Shown here in pieces: positions 15,915 through 26,493 of a DNA stretch of 64,000 nt (its first letter is position 1; each line of letters starts with the position of its first letter). A program made the translations under genes and the position numbers. The notes below the pieces were generated by a model. It worked only from the letters and a program-made list of their open reading frames with translations. It was not told the origin of the DNA and ran no database searches. The stretch lies in contig JBBRPR010000008.1 of the NCBI GenBank assembly GCA_038227875.1, forward strand, positions 96,001 to 160,000, in the 5' to 3' direction. This DNA comes from Planctomycetota bacterium. Its GTDB lineage: Bacteria; Planctomycetota; SZUA-567; H5-PLA8.

Positions 15915-17141
15915 TTACTTCTTAATCAGCCGCCGCACTTCCTCACAATCCTTGTCGCCGCGCCCGCTCAGGCAGATCACCACGACCTTGCCCTTGCCGA
16001 GTTGCTTGGCGACCTTGCACGCGTTGGAGATCGCGTGGCTGCTTTCCAGCGCGGGAATGATGCCTTCCAGCCGCGCCAAACGCTGCAGCGCTTCCAGCGC
16101 TTCGCTATCGGTGCAGGATTGGTATTCGGCGCGGCCGGTGTCGCGCAACCACGCGTGTTCAGGGCCGACGCCTGGGTAGTCGAGCCCCGCCGACACCGAG
16201 TGAACTTGCGCCGTCTGTCCGTCGGCGTCCTGCAGCACGTAGGTCTTCATGCCGTGGAGGACGCCTTGCACGCCCTTGGCCAGCGTCGCCGCGTGTTGCT
16301 GCGTGTCGACGCCGTGCCCGGCCGCTTCCACGCCGATCAGGCGCACGGCTTTGTCTTCAAGGAACGGGTAGAAAATGCCCATCGCGTTACTGCCGCCGCC
16401 GACGCACGCGACGACCGCATCGGGCAGGCGGCCTTCCAGCTTCGTGATCTGCTCTTTCACTTCCTTACCGATGATGGATTGAAAATCGCGGACCATCATC
16501 GGGAACGGATGCGGTCCCATCACCGATCCGATCACGTAATGTGTGTCGCGGACCGAGGCCATCCAATCGCGCATCGCTTCGTTGCAGGCGTCCTTCAATG
16601 TCTTCTGCCCGCTCTGCACGGAGACGACTTTGCTGCCGAGCAGTTCCATGCGGAACACGTTCAGCGCCTGGCGTCGCACGTCTTCGGCGCCCATGTAGAC
16701 GCAGCATTCCATGCCGAAGAGCGCCGCGGCCGTGGCGGTCGCGACGCCATGCTGGCCGGCGCCGGTTTCGGCGATCACGCGCTTCTTGCCCATGCGTCGG
16801 GTCAGCAGCACCTGGCCGAGCGTGCTGTTAATCTTGTGCGCGCCGGTGTGATTCAAATCTTCGCGCTTGAGGTAAATTGTGGCACCGCCGACTTCCGCCG
16901 TCAGGCGTGCGGCCAGCGTGAGCGGATTGGGCCGGCCGACGTAATCGCGCAGCAGCGCATCGAGCTCCGCCTTGAACGCCGGATCGGCCTGCGCCGCGGC
17001 GTAATGCTTTTCAAGTTCCAGGCAGGCGGGCATCAGCGTTTCGGGGACGAAACGGCCGCCGAATCCGGCCTCGCCGCCGAAATATCCGCGGGCATCGGGT
17101 TGAGTCTGAATTGGGGCGGTTGCGGGCACGGCGGGCTCCAT
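15915..17141 (-). CDS. trpB: Tryptophan synthase beta chain
   Basis: [24 protein letters not shown] (PLP lysine), [24 protein letters not shown]. Start is ATG 17141 or GTG 17129. Confidence 0.97.
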   Translation of the reverse strand: MEPAVPATAPIQTQPDARGYFGGEAGFGGRFVPETLMPACLELEKHYAAAQADPAFKAELDALLRDYVGRPNPLTLAARLTAEVGGATIYLKREDLNHTGAHKINSTLGQVLLTRRMGKKRVIAETGAGQHGVATATAAALFGMECCVYMGAEDVRRQALNVFRMELLGSKVVSVQSGQKTLKDACNEAMRDWMASVRDTHYVIGSVMGPHPFPMMVRDFQSIIGKEVKEQITKLEGRLPDAVVACVGGGSNAMGIFYPFLEDKAVRLIGVEAAGHGVDTQQHAATLAKGVQGVLHGMKTYVLQDADGQTAQVHSVSAGLDYPGVGPEHAWLRDTGRAEYQSCTDSEALEALQRLARLEGIIPALESSHAISNACKVAKQLGKGKVVVICLSGRGDKDCEEVRRLIKK

Positions 17142-17379
17142 TCTCGTTGCTCTCGCTGGCACTGCTGCCGGCGGTACGGTTCGACTGCGACGCAAAGCTG
17201 TTGGACGCGTCACGTAGAGAGATTAAACTTCCCCACAGATTCGGCAACTGCAATGTCAGGCGCTACAGCGGGCGAAGACTGAAGTTTTCGCCGCCTCGCG
17301 CGTCTATTTTGCAGTATACGGCCCCGGTCGCCGTCAGGTTGGAATTGAATGAAATAATAATCGAGAGGAAGAGGGAGCA

Positions 17380-18372
17380 ATGAGTTCCGTCGACGTCCAG
17401 CAGATCAAAGAGCAGGTCCTCAAGCACCACGACAAACTCGAACAGGTGAAATTGGAAGTCCGCAAGGTCCTCGTCGGCCAGGACGTGATGCTTTCGCGGC
17501 TCCTCATCGCGCTGCTGACCGGCGGTCACGTGCTGCTGGAAGGCGTGCCGGGACTCGCGAAAACCACCGCGATCAAGGCGCTCTCCAAAGCGATCCACTG
17601 CAAGTTTAACCGCATCCAGTTCACGCCCGATCTGCTTCCGGCCGACTTGATCGGCACGCTGATCTACAACCCGCGCGAAGGCAGCTTCAGCACCAAGAAG
17701 GGCCCGGTCTTCGCCAACATGATCCTCGCCGACGAAATCAATCGCGCGCCATCGAAGGTCCAGTCCGCTCTGCTGGAAGCGATGCAGGAACACCAGGTCA
17801 CCATCGGCGATCAGAGCTACCCGCTGGAAGATCCGTTCCTGGTCCTTGCCACGCAGAATCCGATCGAGCAGGAAGGTACTTACCCGCTTCCCGAAGCGCA
17901 GGTCGACCGCTTCATGTTGAAAGTCGTCGTCAACTACCCGACCAAGGCCGAAGAACGCAAAGTCGTCGACACGGTGCTCGACGATATCCAGCGCGACGTA
18001 AAACCGGTGCTTGAGCCCGCGGCGCTCCTGGAGATGCGCCGCACGGTCGCCTCCATTTATATGGACGATAAAGTGAAGGACTACGTGCTCGACGTGGTCT
18101 CCGCCACGCGCGATCCGGAAGCGTACAAACTTCCGCAGCTCAAAAATCTCATCGAATACGGCGCCTCGCCGCGCGCCTCGATCAACCTCTGCGTCGCCGC
18201 GCGCGCGAACGCGTTTCTCTCCGGCCGCGGCTACGTGACGCCGCAGGACATCAAGGAAATCGCCTACGACGTGCTGCGCCACCGCGTGATCCTGACGTAC
18301 GAGGCGGAAGCGGAAGAACAGACGCCGGAAGACGTGGTGAAGAAGGTGCTGGATTCGATTCCGGTCCCTTAG
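17380..18372 (+). CDS. moxR: MoxR-family AAA+ ATPase
   Basis: GVPGLAKT, RIQFTPDLLPAD, DEINRAP, ATQNPIEQEGTYPLPEAQ, GASPRA. Confidence 0.96.
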   Translation: MSSVDVQQIKEQVLKHHDKLEQVKLEVRKVLVGQDVMLSRLLIALLTGGHVLLEGVPGLAKTTAIKALSKAIHCKFNRIQFTPDLLPADLIGTLIYNPREGSFSTKKGPVFANMILADEINRAPSKVQSALLEAMQEHQVTIGDQSYPLEDPFLVLATQNPIEQEGTYPLPEAQVDRFMLKVVVNYPTKAEERKVVDTVLDDIQRDVKPVLEPAALLEMRRTVASIYMDDKVKDYVLDVVSATRDPEAYKLPQLKNLIEYGASPRASINLCVAARANAFLSGRGYVTPQDIKEIAYDVLRHRVILTYEAEAEEQTPEDVVKKVLDSIPVP

Positions 18373-18474
18373 CGAATAATTTTGAATTTTGAATTGTGTT
18401 TGGCAAAAAAGTGCGGAACCGGGTGAGCGACGATTCAGTCGAACGTAATTAAGAATTAAAAATTGCAGGCACCC

Positions 18475-19356
18475 ATGCGTGATCTAACAGAAGTATTAAA
18501 AGAAGTCCGCCGCATCCAGATCGTTGCCAATCGGCAGGTCAACGACATCCTGGCCGGCGAGTATCTGAGCGTCTTCAAAGGCCGAGGGATGGAGTTCGAT
18601 TCCGTCCGCGAATACGTGCCGGGCGACGAGATCCGCAATATCGATTGGAACGTCACCGCGCGCACCGGCGCGCCGTATGTCAAAAAATTCCAGGAAGAGC
18701 GCGAGCTCACTGTCATTCTCGCGGTCGACATTTCGGCGTCGGGGTCGTTCGGATCGCTGCGTCTGTCCAAGATGGACACGGCGGCGGAAGTCGCGGCAGT
18801 GCTGATGTTCAGCGCGCTGAAAAATCACGACAAGGTCGGGCTGCTGCTCTTCGCGTCCGACGTCGTGCGCTACATGCCGCCGCGCAAGGGGCGCTCGAAC
18901 GTGCTGCGGTTGATCCGCGATCTGCTCAGCGTCGAACCCGTGCGCGAGCCGACGAGCATCGATAATGCGCTGCAGTTCCTCGGCCGCGTGCAGAAGCGCA
19001 AATGCGTCGTCTTCCTGATGAGCGATTTTCTCGGCACGGAATACTCCAAGTCGCTGGCCGTCGCCAACACGCGCCACGATGTGGTCGCGATTACGCTCAG
19101 CGACCCGCGCGAACGCGAGTTGCCGGACGTGGGTTTCATCACCTTGCAGGACGCGGAAACCGGCGAGCTGCTGGAGCTCGACACGCGCCACAAACGCGTG
19201 CGCGAACTCTTCGCGCAGAACGCGGCGAAGCGCGAGCAGAAACTGAGCGACTCGCTGCGGCGCGTCTCGGTCGACAGGCTGGACATCCGCACCGATCAGT
19301 CGTACGCGCTGAGTTTGCAGCACTTTTTCAAGATGCGCGAACGGCGGCAGCGGTAG
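18475..19356 (+). CDS. DUF58-domain protein
   Basis: FKGRGMEF, REYVPGD, IDWNVTAR, DISAS, SDF. Confidence 0.93.
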   Translation: MRDLTEVLKEVRRIQIVANRQVNDILAGEYLSVFKGRGMEFDSVREYVPGDEIRNIDWNVTARTGAPYVKKFQEERELTVILAVDISASGSFGSLRLSKMDTAAEVAAVLMFSALKNHDKVGLLLFASDVVRYMPPRKGRSNVLRLIRDLLSVEPVREPTSIDNALQFLGRVQKRKCVVFLMSDFLGTEYSKSLAVANTRHDVVAITLSDPRERELPDVGFITLQDAETGELLELDTRHKRVRELFAQNAAKREQKLSDSLRRVSVDRLDIRTDQSYALSLQHFFKMRERRQR

Positions 19357-19361
19357 TGGGG

Positions 19362-19389
19362 AGGACTCAGGACTCGAGTCCTGAGTCCT
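19362..19389. repeat. Perfect 28-bp palindrome built of heptamers
   Basis: AGGACTC AGGACTC GAGTCCT GAGTCCT. Confidence 0.75.
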
Positions 19390-19422
19390 ATTTTGAGCAT
19401 GTTCTGGTCAGGGCGTTGGACT

Positions 19423-20466
19423 ATGCAGAAGCGCAGATACATTAAAGGGAGGGCCGCACCTGCGCTGGCGGCGCTATGCCTGATCGGTCTGTTCGGCTGC
19501 GACGAGAACGCCCCTCAAAAAGACGCCGCGCCGAAAGCGCCGGACGCGTCCACAGTTTTGGAGAAGTCCGCCGAAAAAGGCCCGGTGAAGCTGACCGTTC
19601 GTATCTCGCCGAAAGCGCCGCGACTGTCGGATTTGATCGAACTCGACGTAATCGTGCAGGCGCCCGCGGACATCGAAATCAAAGCGCCGCCGTTCGGCAA
19701 ATCGGTCGGCGAATTTCTGATCAACGATTACAACGAACGAACTCCGCGCACGGAAAAAGATCTGCGCATTCAGCAATTTCATTACGTGCTCGAACCGCAG
19801 CACACCGGGCGGCATCTGATCCGCTCGATCAGCGTGGAATTCAAATCCAAAGCCGCCGACGCAAAGTCGAGCACCATCGAAACCGAGCCGCTCGATGTAA
19901 CTGTGACCTCGCCGGAAGAAGCCAACGCCGCGGATCTCGACAACCTCGCGCCCGCATCGCCGCCAGTAGAATTGCCGCGCCGCTTGCCGCCAGCGTGGGT
20001 GCTCGCGCTGATCGGCCTCGGCGCGTGCGGGCTGATTGTGTTCATCTTCTACTACGGGAGGCTTCAGAAGACTCAGGTGAGGAAGGTCATTCAGAAATCG
20101 CCGGAGCAGATCGCGAAAGAAGAACTCGCGGCGTTGCTGGCCGAAAATCTGCCCGCGCAGGGACTGTTCAAGGAATTCTATGTGCGGCTGACGGGTATCG
20201 TGCGCCGCTACATTGAGCGCACGACCGGCCTGCATGCGCCGGAGCAGACGACGGAGGAATTCCTGCGCGACATGCACTTCCGCAAAGTATTCCCGCCGGA
20301 ACGCGCCGAGCAGCTCGCCAGTTTTCTCGAAGCGGCCGACATGGTGAAGTACGCCGGTCTGGAACCGGGGCAGCGCCAGATCGAAGAAGCGATCGCGCGG
20401 GCGCAGGAGTTCGTTGGATTGTCCTCGGCCTTTGCGCCGATGCCGAGTCAGGCGACCGTTAAATGA
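19423..20466 (+). CDS. Bat-operon lipoprotein (BatD-like N-terminal region, TM, C-terminal helical domain)
   Basis: Lipobox LFGC; TM; IVRRYIE...EQTTEEFL...ADMVKYA. Confidence 0.75.
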   Translation: MQKRRYIKGRAAPALAALCLIGLFGCDENAPQKDAAPKAPDASTVLEKSAEKGPVKLTVRISPKAPRLSDLIELDVIVQAPADIEIKAPPFGKSVGEFLINDYNERTPRTEKDLRIQQFHYVLEPQHTGRHLIRSISVEFKSKAADAKSSTIETEPLDVTVTSPEEANAADLDNLAPASPPVELPRRLPPAWVLALIGLGACGLIVFIFYYGRLQKTQVRKVIQKSPEQIAKEELAALLAENLPAQGLFKEFYVRLTGIVRRYIERTTGLHAPEQTTEEFLRDMHFRKVFPPERAEQLASFLEAADMVKYAGLEPGQRQIEEAIARAQEFVGLSSAFAPMPSQATVK

Positions 20467-20488
20467 ATGGGATGTGATTTAAGAATCC

Positions 20489-21553
20489 ATGGGCAGCTTC
20501 CGCTTCTACTCACCGTTTGTGCTGATCCTCGTGCCGCTGGCGCTGTTGGCGCTGTGGCGCGCGCACCGCTCGCGGTATGCGGCGGCCGTGACCTTCTCCA
20601 GCCTTGCGGATCTGAAGTCGCTGCCCGTGACGCTGGCCCAGAAATTCAAAGGCACGCTGCCTTATATTTACGGACTGGGATTGAGCCTCATGATCGTCGC
20701 CGTCGCGCGGCCGCAGCAGGGCATCTCTTCGTCGGTCACGCACACTGACGGCATCGCCATCGAGATGCTGATCGACATTTCCGGCTCGATGAAGGCCATC
20801 GACTTTCAGCTCAACGACAAAAGCATCAGCCGCGTCGAGACAGTGAAATACGTCTTCGAACAGTTCGTGGAAGGTTCCAAAGACCGCAAACTGACCGGCC
20901 GGCCCAACGATCTAATCGGCCTCGTCGCCTTCGGCGGCTACGCCGACAGCAAATGTCCGCTGACACTCGACCACGGCGTGCTGCTGGACGTGTTGCATTC
21001 GCTCAACGTCCCGCGCGAAATCCGCAACCAGAATGGCGAGACCATCAATGGCGAGGAACTTCAGACCGCCATCGGCGACGGCCTGACGACCGCGCTGGAC
21101 CGTTTGAAATCCATCGACGCGAAAAGCAAGATTGTGATTCTGCTCACTGACGGCGACAACGATTTCGGCATCGTCGATCCCCGCGACGCCGCGCAGGCGG
21201 CCAAGGCGTTGGGCTACAAAGTTTACTGCATCGGCATCGGTCATGACGGCGTCGTGCCGGTGCCGGTGGAGGACGGGTACGGCAACACGCATCTGGTCCA
21301 GGCGCGCTTTCACATTGACGAAGATCTGCTCCGCGACATTGCCAAAATCACCGGCGGAAAATACTGGCACGCATCAGATGTAGATGCGCTGACACAAGTC
21401 TACGCCGAGATCGACAAGCTTGAAAAGTCCAAGGTCGAACAGTTAACGTACACGGAGTACCGTGAGCTCTACCCGTGGCTCGCGCTGCCGGGATTGTTCC
21501 TGGTGGTCATGGTTTCGTTGGCCGGAGCGACGCGCTTCCGGTCGTTGCCGTAA
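20489..21553 (+). CDS. batA: BatA-type vWA membrane protein
   Basis: ARPQ, MIDAS DISGSM, PLTLDH, TAIGD, LLTDG, TGGKY, IDKLEKS. Confidence 0.88.
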   Translation: MGSFRFYSPFVLILVPLALLALWRAHRSRYAAAVTFSSLADLKSLPVTLAQKFKGTLPYIYGLGLSLMIVAVARPQQGISSSVTHTDGIAIEMLIDISGSMKAIDFQLNDKSISRVETVKYVFEQFVEGSKDRKLTGRPNDLIGLVAFGGYADSKCPLTLDHGVLLDVLHSLNVPREIRNQNGETINGEELQTAIGDGLTTALDRLKSIDAKSKIVILLTDGDNDFGIVDPRDAAQAAKALGYKVYCIGIGHDGVVPVPVEDGYGNTHLVQARFHIDEDLLRDIAKITGGKYWHASDVDALTQVYAEIDKLEKSKVEQLTYTEYRELYPWLALPGLFLVVMVSLAGATRFRSLP

Positions 21554-21573
21554 GGAAGGGAAGGGAGCACGCA

Positions 21574-24531
21574 GTGGACTCGTCGTTCGAGTGGCTTCAT
21601 CCCGAAGCCCTGATTTTGATTCTCCCGGTCTGCGGACTCTGGCTGGCGCTGGCGCTCTTCGCGCGTTCGCGCCGCCGCCGCGCGGCGCAGTCGTTCGTCG
21701 CCGCGGCGATGCTCCCGCGCATCATCCCGGCGGAATCCAACGGCGGATTCTGGGCCAAGACGATCCTCACCGGCGCGGCGTTCGCCTTCGCGCTGATGGC
21801 GCTGGCGCAGCCGCGCTTCGGCTTCACGTTGGAAGAAGTAAAATCGCGCGGCAGCGACATCTACATCATGATCGACGTCTCGCGCTCGATGCTCGCCGAC
21901 GACGTCCCGCCCAGCCGCCTTGAGCGCGCCAAGGCCGATGTTAACGGACTCGTCAACCGTCTGCGCGGCGAACGCGTCGGCTTGATCGCATTCGCCGGCG
22001 TGGCGATGGTGAAATGCCCGCTGACCACCGACTACAATTTTTTCCGCATGGCGCTGAGCGACCTGAGTCCCAACAGCGTGCCCAAGGGCGGCACCGCCAT
22101 CGGCGACGCCATTAGCAAAGCCCTGGATGTGCTGCCTAAGGAGAACGAGCGCGAGCAGGCGATTCTGCTGATCACCGACGGCGACGATCAGAATTCTTCG
22201 CCGCTGGAAGCTGCCGCCGCGGCCGCGGAACGTTCCGTCACGATTTTCACCGTGGGGCTTGGCGACACCGCGCAGGGTGCGCGAATTCCGATGAGCGACG
22301 CGCCGAACCACGCGTTCATGGCGTATAAGGGCGAGCAGGTCTGGAGCAAGATGGACGAGAAGCTGCTCGAAGAAATTGCGCTGAAGACGCACGGCACGTA
22401 CGTTCCGGCCCGCACGCGCGCTTATGATCTCGGTGAGCTGTACGCCAGCCATCTCGCCAAAATGCGCGGCGGCGAAGGTGCCACGGAAAAACGCAAACGG
22501 CCGCTGGAGCAATTTCAGTGGTTCCTCGCCGCGTCGGTGTTGTGTCTGATCGCCGACCTGCTGATCCGCCGCCACGCGCCGAGCTCCGTTACGTTTTCTC
22601 CGGCTCCGAAACCGAAGGCAAAGTCGAAGCCGCTCGCTACAGCTGTTCGTGTTGCGCCACTGTTGCTGTTGGCATTGCTGGTTCCGTCCGCCCGCGCTGG
22701 CGAGGAGCGGGAGTTGGTGCGGCAAGGTTTGGAGCTATTCAAAAAGAGCGACTTTGAAGGCGCGAAAGAGAGATTCAGCAAGGCCGCCGACGAGGCTGGC
22801 AAGGACAAGGAGCAGACGTTCGAAGACGCCGCGCGCGTGGCCTTCGATCTTGCTTGCGCGTTTCAGAAGAAGGGTGAAGCCGATCACGCTCGCGAAAATT
22901 ACCTGAAGTCGGCGCTGGCAAAGGACAAGTCGATCGCCGCCTCGTCTAAGTTCAATCTCGGATTGCTCGCATCCGAAGCGGCGAAAATGCTGGCCGGCGA
23001 ACATCCCGATCAGGTGCCGCCGGAAAAGCGCAATGAAATTCTGGAAAAGCTAAAGGAAGCCGTGCTGAGTTTCCGCGCGTGCCTGGAGATCCAGCCCGAC
23101 CGCGCCGACGCGCGCAAGAACATCGAGCTCATCCGCCTCTGGACCAAGCTCTACACCGACAAATGGCGCGAGCTCGACAAGCGCAAAGCGCGCGAGCAGG
23201 CGAATCTGATTCAATACCTCGAATTCATCATGGAATCGGAGCGGGCGCTGCGCGAGTCGGTGCTGGCGCTCAAGCCCGAGGATAATTTCGACATCTTCGC
23301 GCTCCACAAGCAGGCGCAGCAGGAACTGCTCGACGAAATCGGACCGCTGAAAGATAAAATCAAAACGACACTCAAGCCGCCCAAACAGGCAGCGCAAAAC
23401 GGCCAGCCGCAGCAACCGCCGCCGCCGGAACTCACCGCCGAGCAGGAGAAGCAGCTCGACGAAGCGATCGCGGCGATGCAGCAGTGGGCCGGGGCCTCTG
23501 GTGTGAAAATGAAGGAGGCGGCGGAGTTCCTCGATAGCCGCTCGCCGGACAAGGCCGCGCCCTCGCAGAAAGAAGCTGTGGCGGAGCTCGAGAAGATCTG
23601 GGATGTCGTCGTGCCGTTCAATCTGCTGCTGGCGCACGATCTGGCCAGCGAGACGGCGATCGTCAACGTGCTCAAACCGGAAGGGAACCGCGAGCATGGC
23701 AGCGTCGAACCGCTGGGAAAAATTTTCGACTGGTTCGACAATCTGCAGAGCATCAAGAAGCGCGCCGAAGCACCGAAGGCCGCGCCGCCGCCGGAAAATG
23801 CTCCGCCGCTGGTTTTGAGCTCGCAGGCGACGCATGACGAAGACGCGCAGTTGGCCGAGTTGCAGGAGCGGACGTCGCGGCGCACGGAGTTGCTGAAAAC
23901 GAAGGCCGAGATGGAATTGCAGCAGCTGGAAAAGCAGCCCAAGCAGCCGGAGCCCCCGCCGCCGGATCCGAATAATCCCGCTCCCAAACCGCCGGACCCG
24001 GAGAAGGTGAAGGAGGGCCTGAAAAAAGCGATCGAACTGGCGCCGAAAGCAGTCGAACATGAAAATGGCGCGCTGAAAGCGCTGCGGAAGAACGACCGCG
24101 CCGCCGCGACTCCGGAGGCCGAAGAGGCCAAGCGGATCCTCGAAGAAATTCTAAAAGCGCAGCCGCGCGACGAACAGAAGGACAAGCAGGATCAGGAAAA
24201 GAAAGAGCAGGAGAAGAAAGAACAGGAAAAGAAGGACCAGCAGAAAAAAGATCAGGAGAAGAAGGACCAGGAAAAGAAAGATCAGGAAAAGAAGGATCAG
24301 GAGAAGAAAGAGCAGGAGAAAAAGGATCAGGAAAAGAAGGACGCCGACAAAGACAAGGAGAGGGATAAAGAGAAAAAGGACCAGCCCAAGCCCGACAAGC
24401 AGCAGATGTCGAAGGAGCAGGCCGAGGCGATTTTGCGCAAGGTTCGGGAACGGGAGCAGCAGCACCGCAAGGAAAAAGAAGAGCAGGCGCGGATTCTCGG
24501 CGGCTCGGCTACAGTAGACAAGGATTGGTAA
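21574..24531 (+). CDS. BatB/BatC fusion (vWA, TPR, charged coiled coil)
   Basis: DVSRSM, PLTTDY, ITDGD, TPR-like FNLG, C-terminal MSKEQAEAIL...KDW. GTG 21574 with RBS GGGAG. Confidence 0.85.
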   Translation: MDSSFEWLHPEALILILPVCGLWLALALFARSRRRRAAQSFVAAAMLPRIIPAESNGGFWAKTILTGAAFAFALMALAQPRFGFTLEEVKSRGSDIYIMIDVSRSMLADDVPPSRLERAKADVNGLVNRLRGERVGLIAFAGVAMVKCPLTTDYNFFRMALSDLSPNSVPKGGTAIGDAISKALDVLPKENEREQAILLITDGDDQNSSPLEAAAAAAERSVTIFTVGLGDTAQGARIPMSDAPNHAFMAYKGEQVWSKMDEKLLEEIALKTHGTYVPARTRAYDLGELYASHLAKMRGGEGATEKRKRPLEQFQWFLAASVLCLIADLLIRRHAPSSVTFSPAPKPKAKSKPLATAVRVAPLLLLALLVPSARAGEERELVRQGLELFKKSDFEGAKERFSKAADEAGKDKEQTFEDAARVAFDLACAFQKKGEADHARENYLKSALAKDKSIAASSKFNLGLLASEAAKMLAGEHPDQVPPEKRNEILEKLKEAVLSFRACLEIQPDRADARKNIELIRLWTKLYTDKWRELDKRKAREQANLIQYLEFIMESERALRESVLALKPEDNFDIFALHKQAQQELLDEIGPLKDKIKTTLKPPKQAAQNGQPQQPPPPELTAEQEKQLDEAIAAMQQWAGASGVKMKEAAEFLDSRSPDKAAPSQKEAVAELEKIWDVVVPFNLLLAHDLASETAIVNVLKPEGNREHGSVEPLGKIFDWFDNLQSIKKRAEAPKAAPPPENAPPLVLSSQATHDEDAQLAELQERTSRRTELLKTKAEMELQQLEKQPKQPEPPPPDPNNPAPKPPDPEKVKEGLKKAIELAPKAVEHENGALKALRKNDRAAATPEAEEAKRILEEILKAQPRDEQKDKQDQEKKEQEKKEQEKKDQQKKDQEKKDQEKKDQEKKDQEKKEQEKKDQEKKDADKDKERDKEKKDQPKPDKQQMSKEQAEAILRKVREREQQHRKEKEEQARILGGSATVDKDW
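24190..24339 (+). repeat. Coding 15-bp tandem repeat, 10 x (D/E)Q(E/Q)KK
   Basis: DQEKK EQEKK EQEKK DQQKK DQEKK DQEKK DQEKK DQEKK EQEKK DQEKK. Confidence 0.9.
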
Positions 24532-24546
24532 CGCCAACACACGAGC

Positions 24547-26493
24547 ATGCAAGCCATCAGACTCTCACGACACCGTTTCGTTCTGCTCTCCGCGCTGCTG
24601 CTGGCGTTTCAAGCGCTGGGCGGATCTTCGTTTGCCGGTGAAGCGGACGACGGGCCCGAACTGAACGTGCAGCTGGATCCCAAGGATATTTTTATGGGCG
24701 AGACGGCGACGTATCTCGTCCAGGTCCGCAATTTGAAAAACGGCGCGAAGCCCAATCTCTCCGACTTCGACAAGGACTTTTCCGTCAAGGAAGCCGGCGA
24801 CCAGTCGCAGAACTCGACCTCGGTCAACTGGGTCAACGGCAACGTCACGCAGCGCACCGTTTACGCGCACATTTATCAGTACACACTTTCTCCGAAACGC
24901 GCCGGACTGCTCACGGTGCCGGCGCCGTTCATCACCGTCGATGGCCAGAAGTTCGTGGGCGTGCCGTCGCAGTTGAACGTGCGCTCGCAGGAAAAACAGG
25001 ACATCGTCCTTGCTGAAATCGTGCCGAGCAAAACGCGCGTCTACCCGACGCAGCCGTTCGATGTGACGCTGCGCATCTTGATCCGGCCGACGCCGACGCT
25101 TGAAACGCGCGAACCGCTCTCGCTGCTGGAGCGCCCCGTGGACCTGCAGTTGGACTGGGTCGAACCGGTCGGCGGGCTGTCGACGGGCGATGCCTCCAGT
25201 TGGCTCTCACCTCTGCTTAGCCACTCTGGAAAAGGCTTTACGATCAACGGCCTGACCTCGCAGGACAACAATCCCTTCTCGATGCTCGACGGTCCGCGAG
25301 CAGCCGTGTTCAACCTGAGCGTTCCCGCGCGCGAAAAGCGCAACGGTACCGACGGCAAGCCAATCGACTACTACGTCTACGAATTGAAGCGCACGTTCAC
25401 GCCGCAGCGGATCGGCACATTCACTTTCGGCGGCGCCACCTTAAAAGGGACGTTCGCCGAGAAAGTGAATGGCCGGCAGTACACGCCGCGGCGACTGGTG
25501 ATGAATATTCCACCCGCGACGGTGGAAGTCCACGACGTCCCGGCTCCGGCGCCGCCGACGTATTGCGGCGCGCTCGGGACATATAAACTTACCGCCGCCG
25601 CCACGCCCCTGGCGCTCCGCGTCGGCGATCCGCTCACGTTGAAGCTGGAATTCGAACGCGGCAAAGACGGCGGCGCGCTGGAGCTGATCTCCGCGCCGGA
25701 CATCTCCGCCGTGCCGCAGATCGCATCCGATTTTGAAGTGATCGACAAAGCGCCCACCGGCGAAGTAAGCGGCTCGAAGAAGACTTTTTCCTACGGCCTG
25801 CGTCCGAAGAAGCCCGGCGCGACGATTCCCGCGCTGACGGTCTCCGTTTTCAGCGTGGAGAAAGAGAAGTTCTCAGAGCTGACTACGCCGCCGATCGCTT
25901 TGAACGTGACGCAGACGTCGCAGGTCGGCGCGGCGGATCTGATCTCCGGGAGCGCGACGCAGAAAGCGCTCGATATCAAAAACCGCACTGGCGGCGTGGT
26001 GCAGAATTTTCAGGACATCACCGCGCTGCAAGACCAGAGCGCCAATCCCGTGCACTATGCCCTGGCCGCCGTGTTGATGTGGATCGCGTGCGGCGCCGCG
26101 AGTTTCCTGGTTTCGCGCCGGCGCCATCTGGCCAACGACGCCGCCTGGCAGCGCCGTCAGCGCGCGCGGCCGGATGCCGAGGCGAATTTGAAGCAGGCGC
26201 GCGAAGCGCTCGGAAAATCGGACGCGGCCACCGCCGGAAAGTTCACGCGCGATGCCGTGGCGGGAATGATCGGCAATCTGCTCGACCTGCCTATCGCCGG
26301 CATGACCGCAAAAGAAGCCAATACCGCGCTGACGACCGCGAAGGCCAGCGAACCCACGCGCAAAGCCGCCGTGGAGCTGCTCGAGAGTATTGAAGCGCTG
26401 GAGTACGCGCCGGCCGCCGGCCAGAACGTCGCCGGCATGGTCGAGTCCGCCGGAAAACTGCTGCCGGAATTGCAGCGGGAGTTGAGCCGATGA
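24547..26493 (+). CDS. batD: BatD-family protein
   Basis: Signal peptide, Ig-like beta repeats (Y.LSPKRAG, VGDPLTL), C-terminal TM; operon position. Confidence 0.8.
   Translation: MQAIRLSRHRFVLLSALLLAFQALGGSSFAGEADDGPELNVQLDPKDIFMGETATYLVQVRNLKNGAKPNLSDFDKDFSVKEAGDQSQNSTSVNWVNGNVTQRTVYAHIYQYTLSPKRAGLLTVPAPFITVDGQKFVGVPSQLNVRSQEKQDIVLAEIVPSKTRVYPTQPFDVTLRILIRPTPTLETREPLSLLERPVDLQLDWVEPVGGLSTGDASSWLSPLLSHSGKGFTINGLTSQDNNPFSMLDGPRAAVFNLSVPAREKRNGTDGKPIDYYVYELKRTFTPQRIGTFTFGGATLKGTFAEKVNGRQYTPRRLVMNIPPATVEVHDVPAPAPPTYCGALGTYKLTAAATPLALRVGDPLTLKLEFERGKDGGALELISAPDISAVPQIASDFEVIDKAPTGEVSGSKKTFSYGLRPKKPGATIPALTVSVFSVEKEKFSELTTPPIALNVTQTSQVGAADLISGSATQKALDIKNRTGGVVQNFQDITALQDQSANPVHYALAAVLMWIACGAASFLVSRRRHLANDAAWQRRQRARPDAEANLKQAREALGKSDAATAGKFTRDAVAGMIGNLLDLPIAGMTAKEANTALTTAKASEPTRKAAVELLESIEALEYAPAAGQNVAGMVESAGKLLPELQRELSR

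Noticed and set aside
24151..24552. Leu/Phe-rich minus-strand ORF that looks like a membrane protein
   Set aside because: It is the reverse complement of the QEKK repeat.
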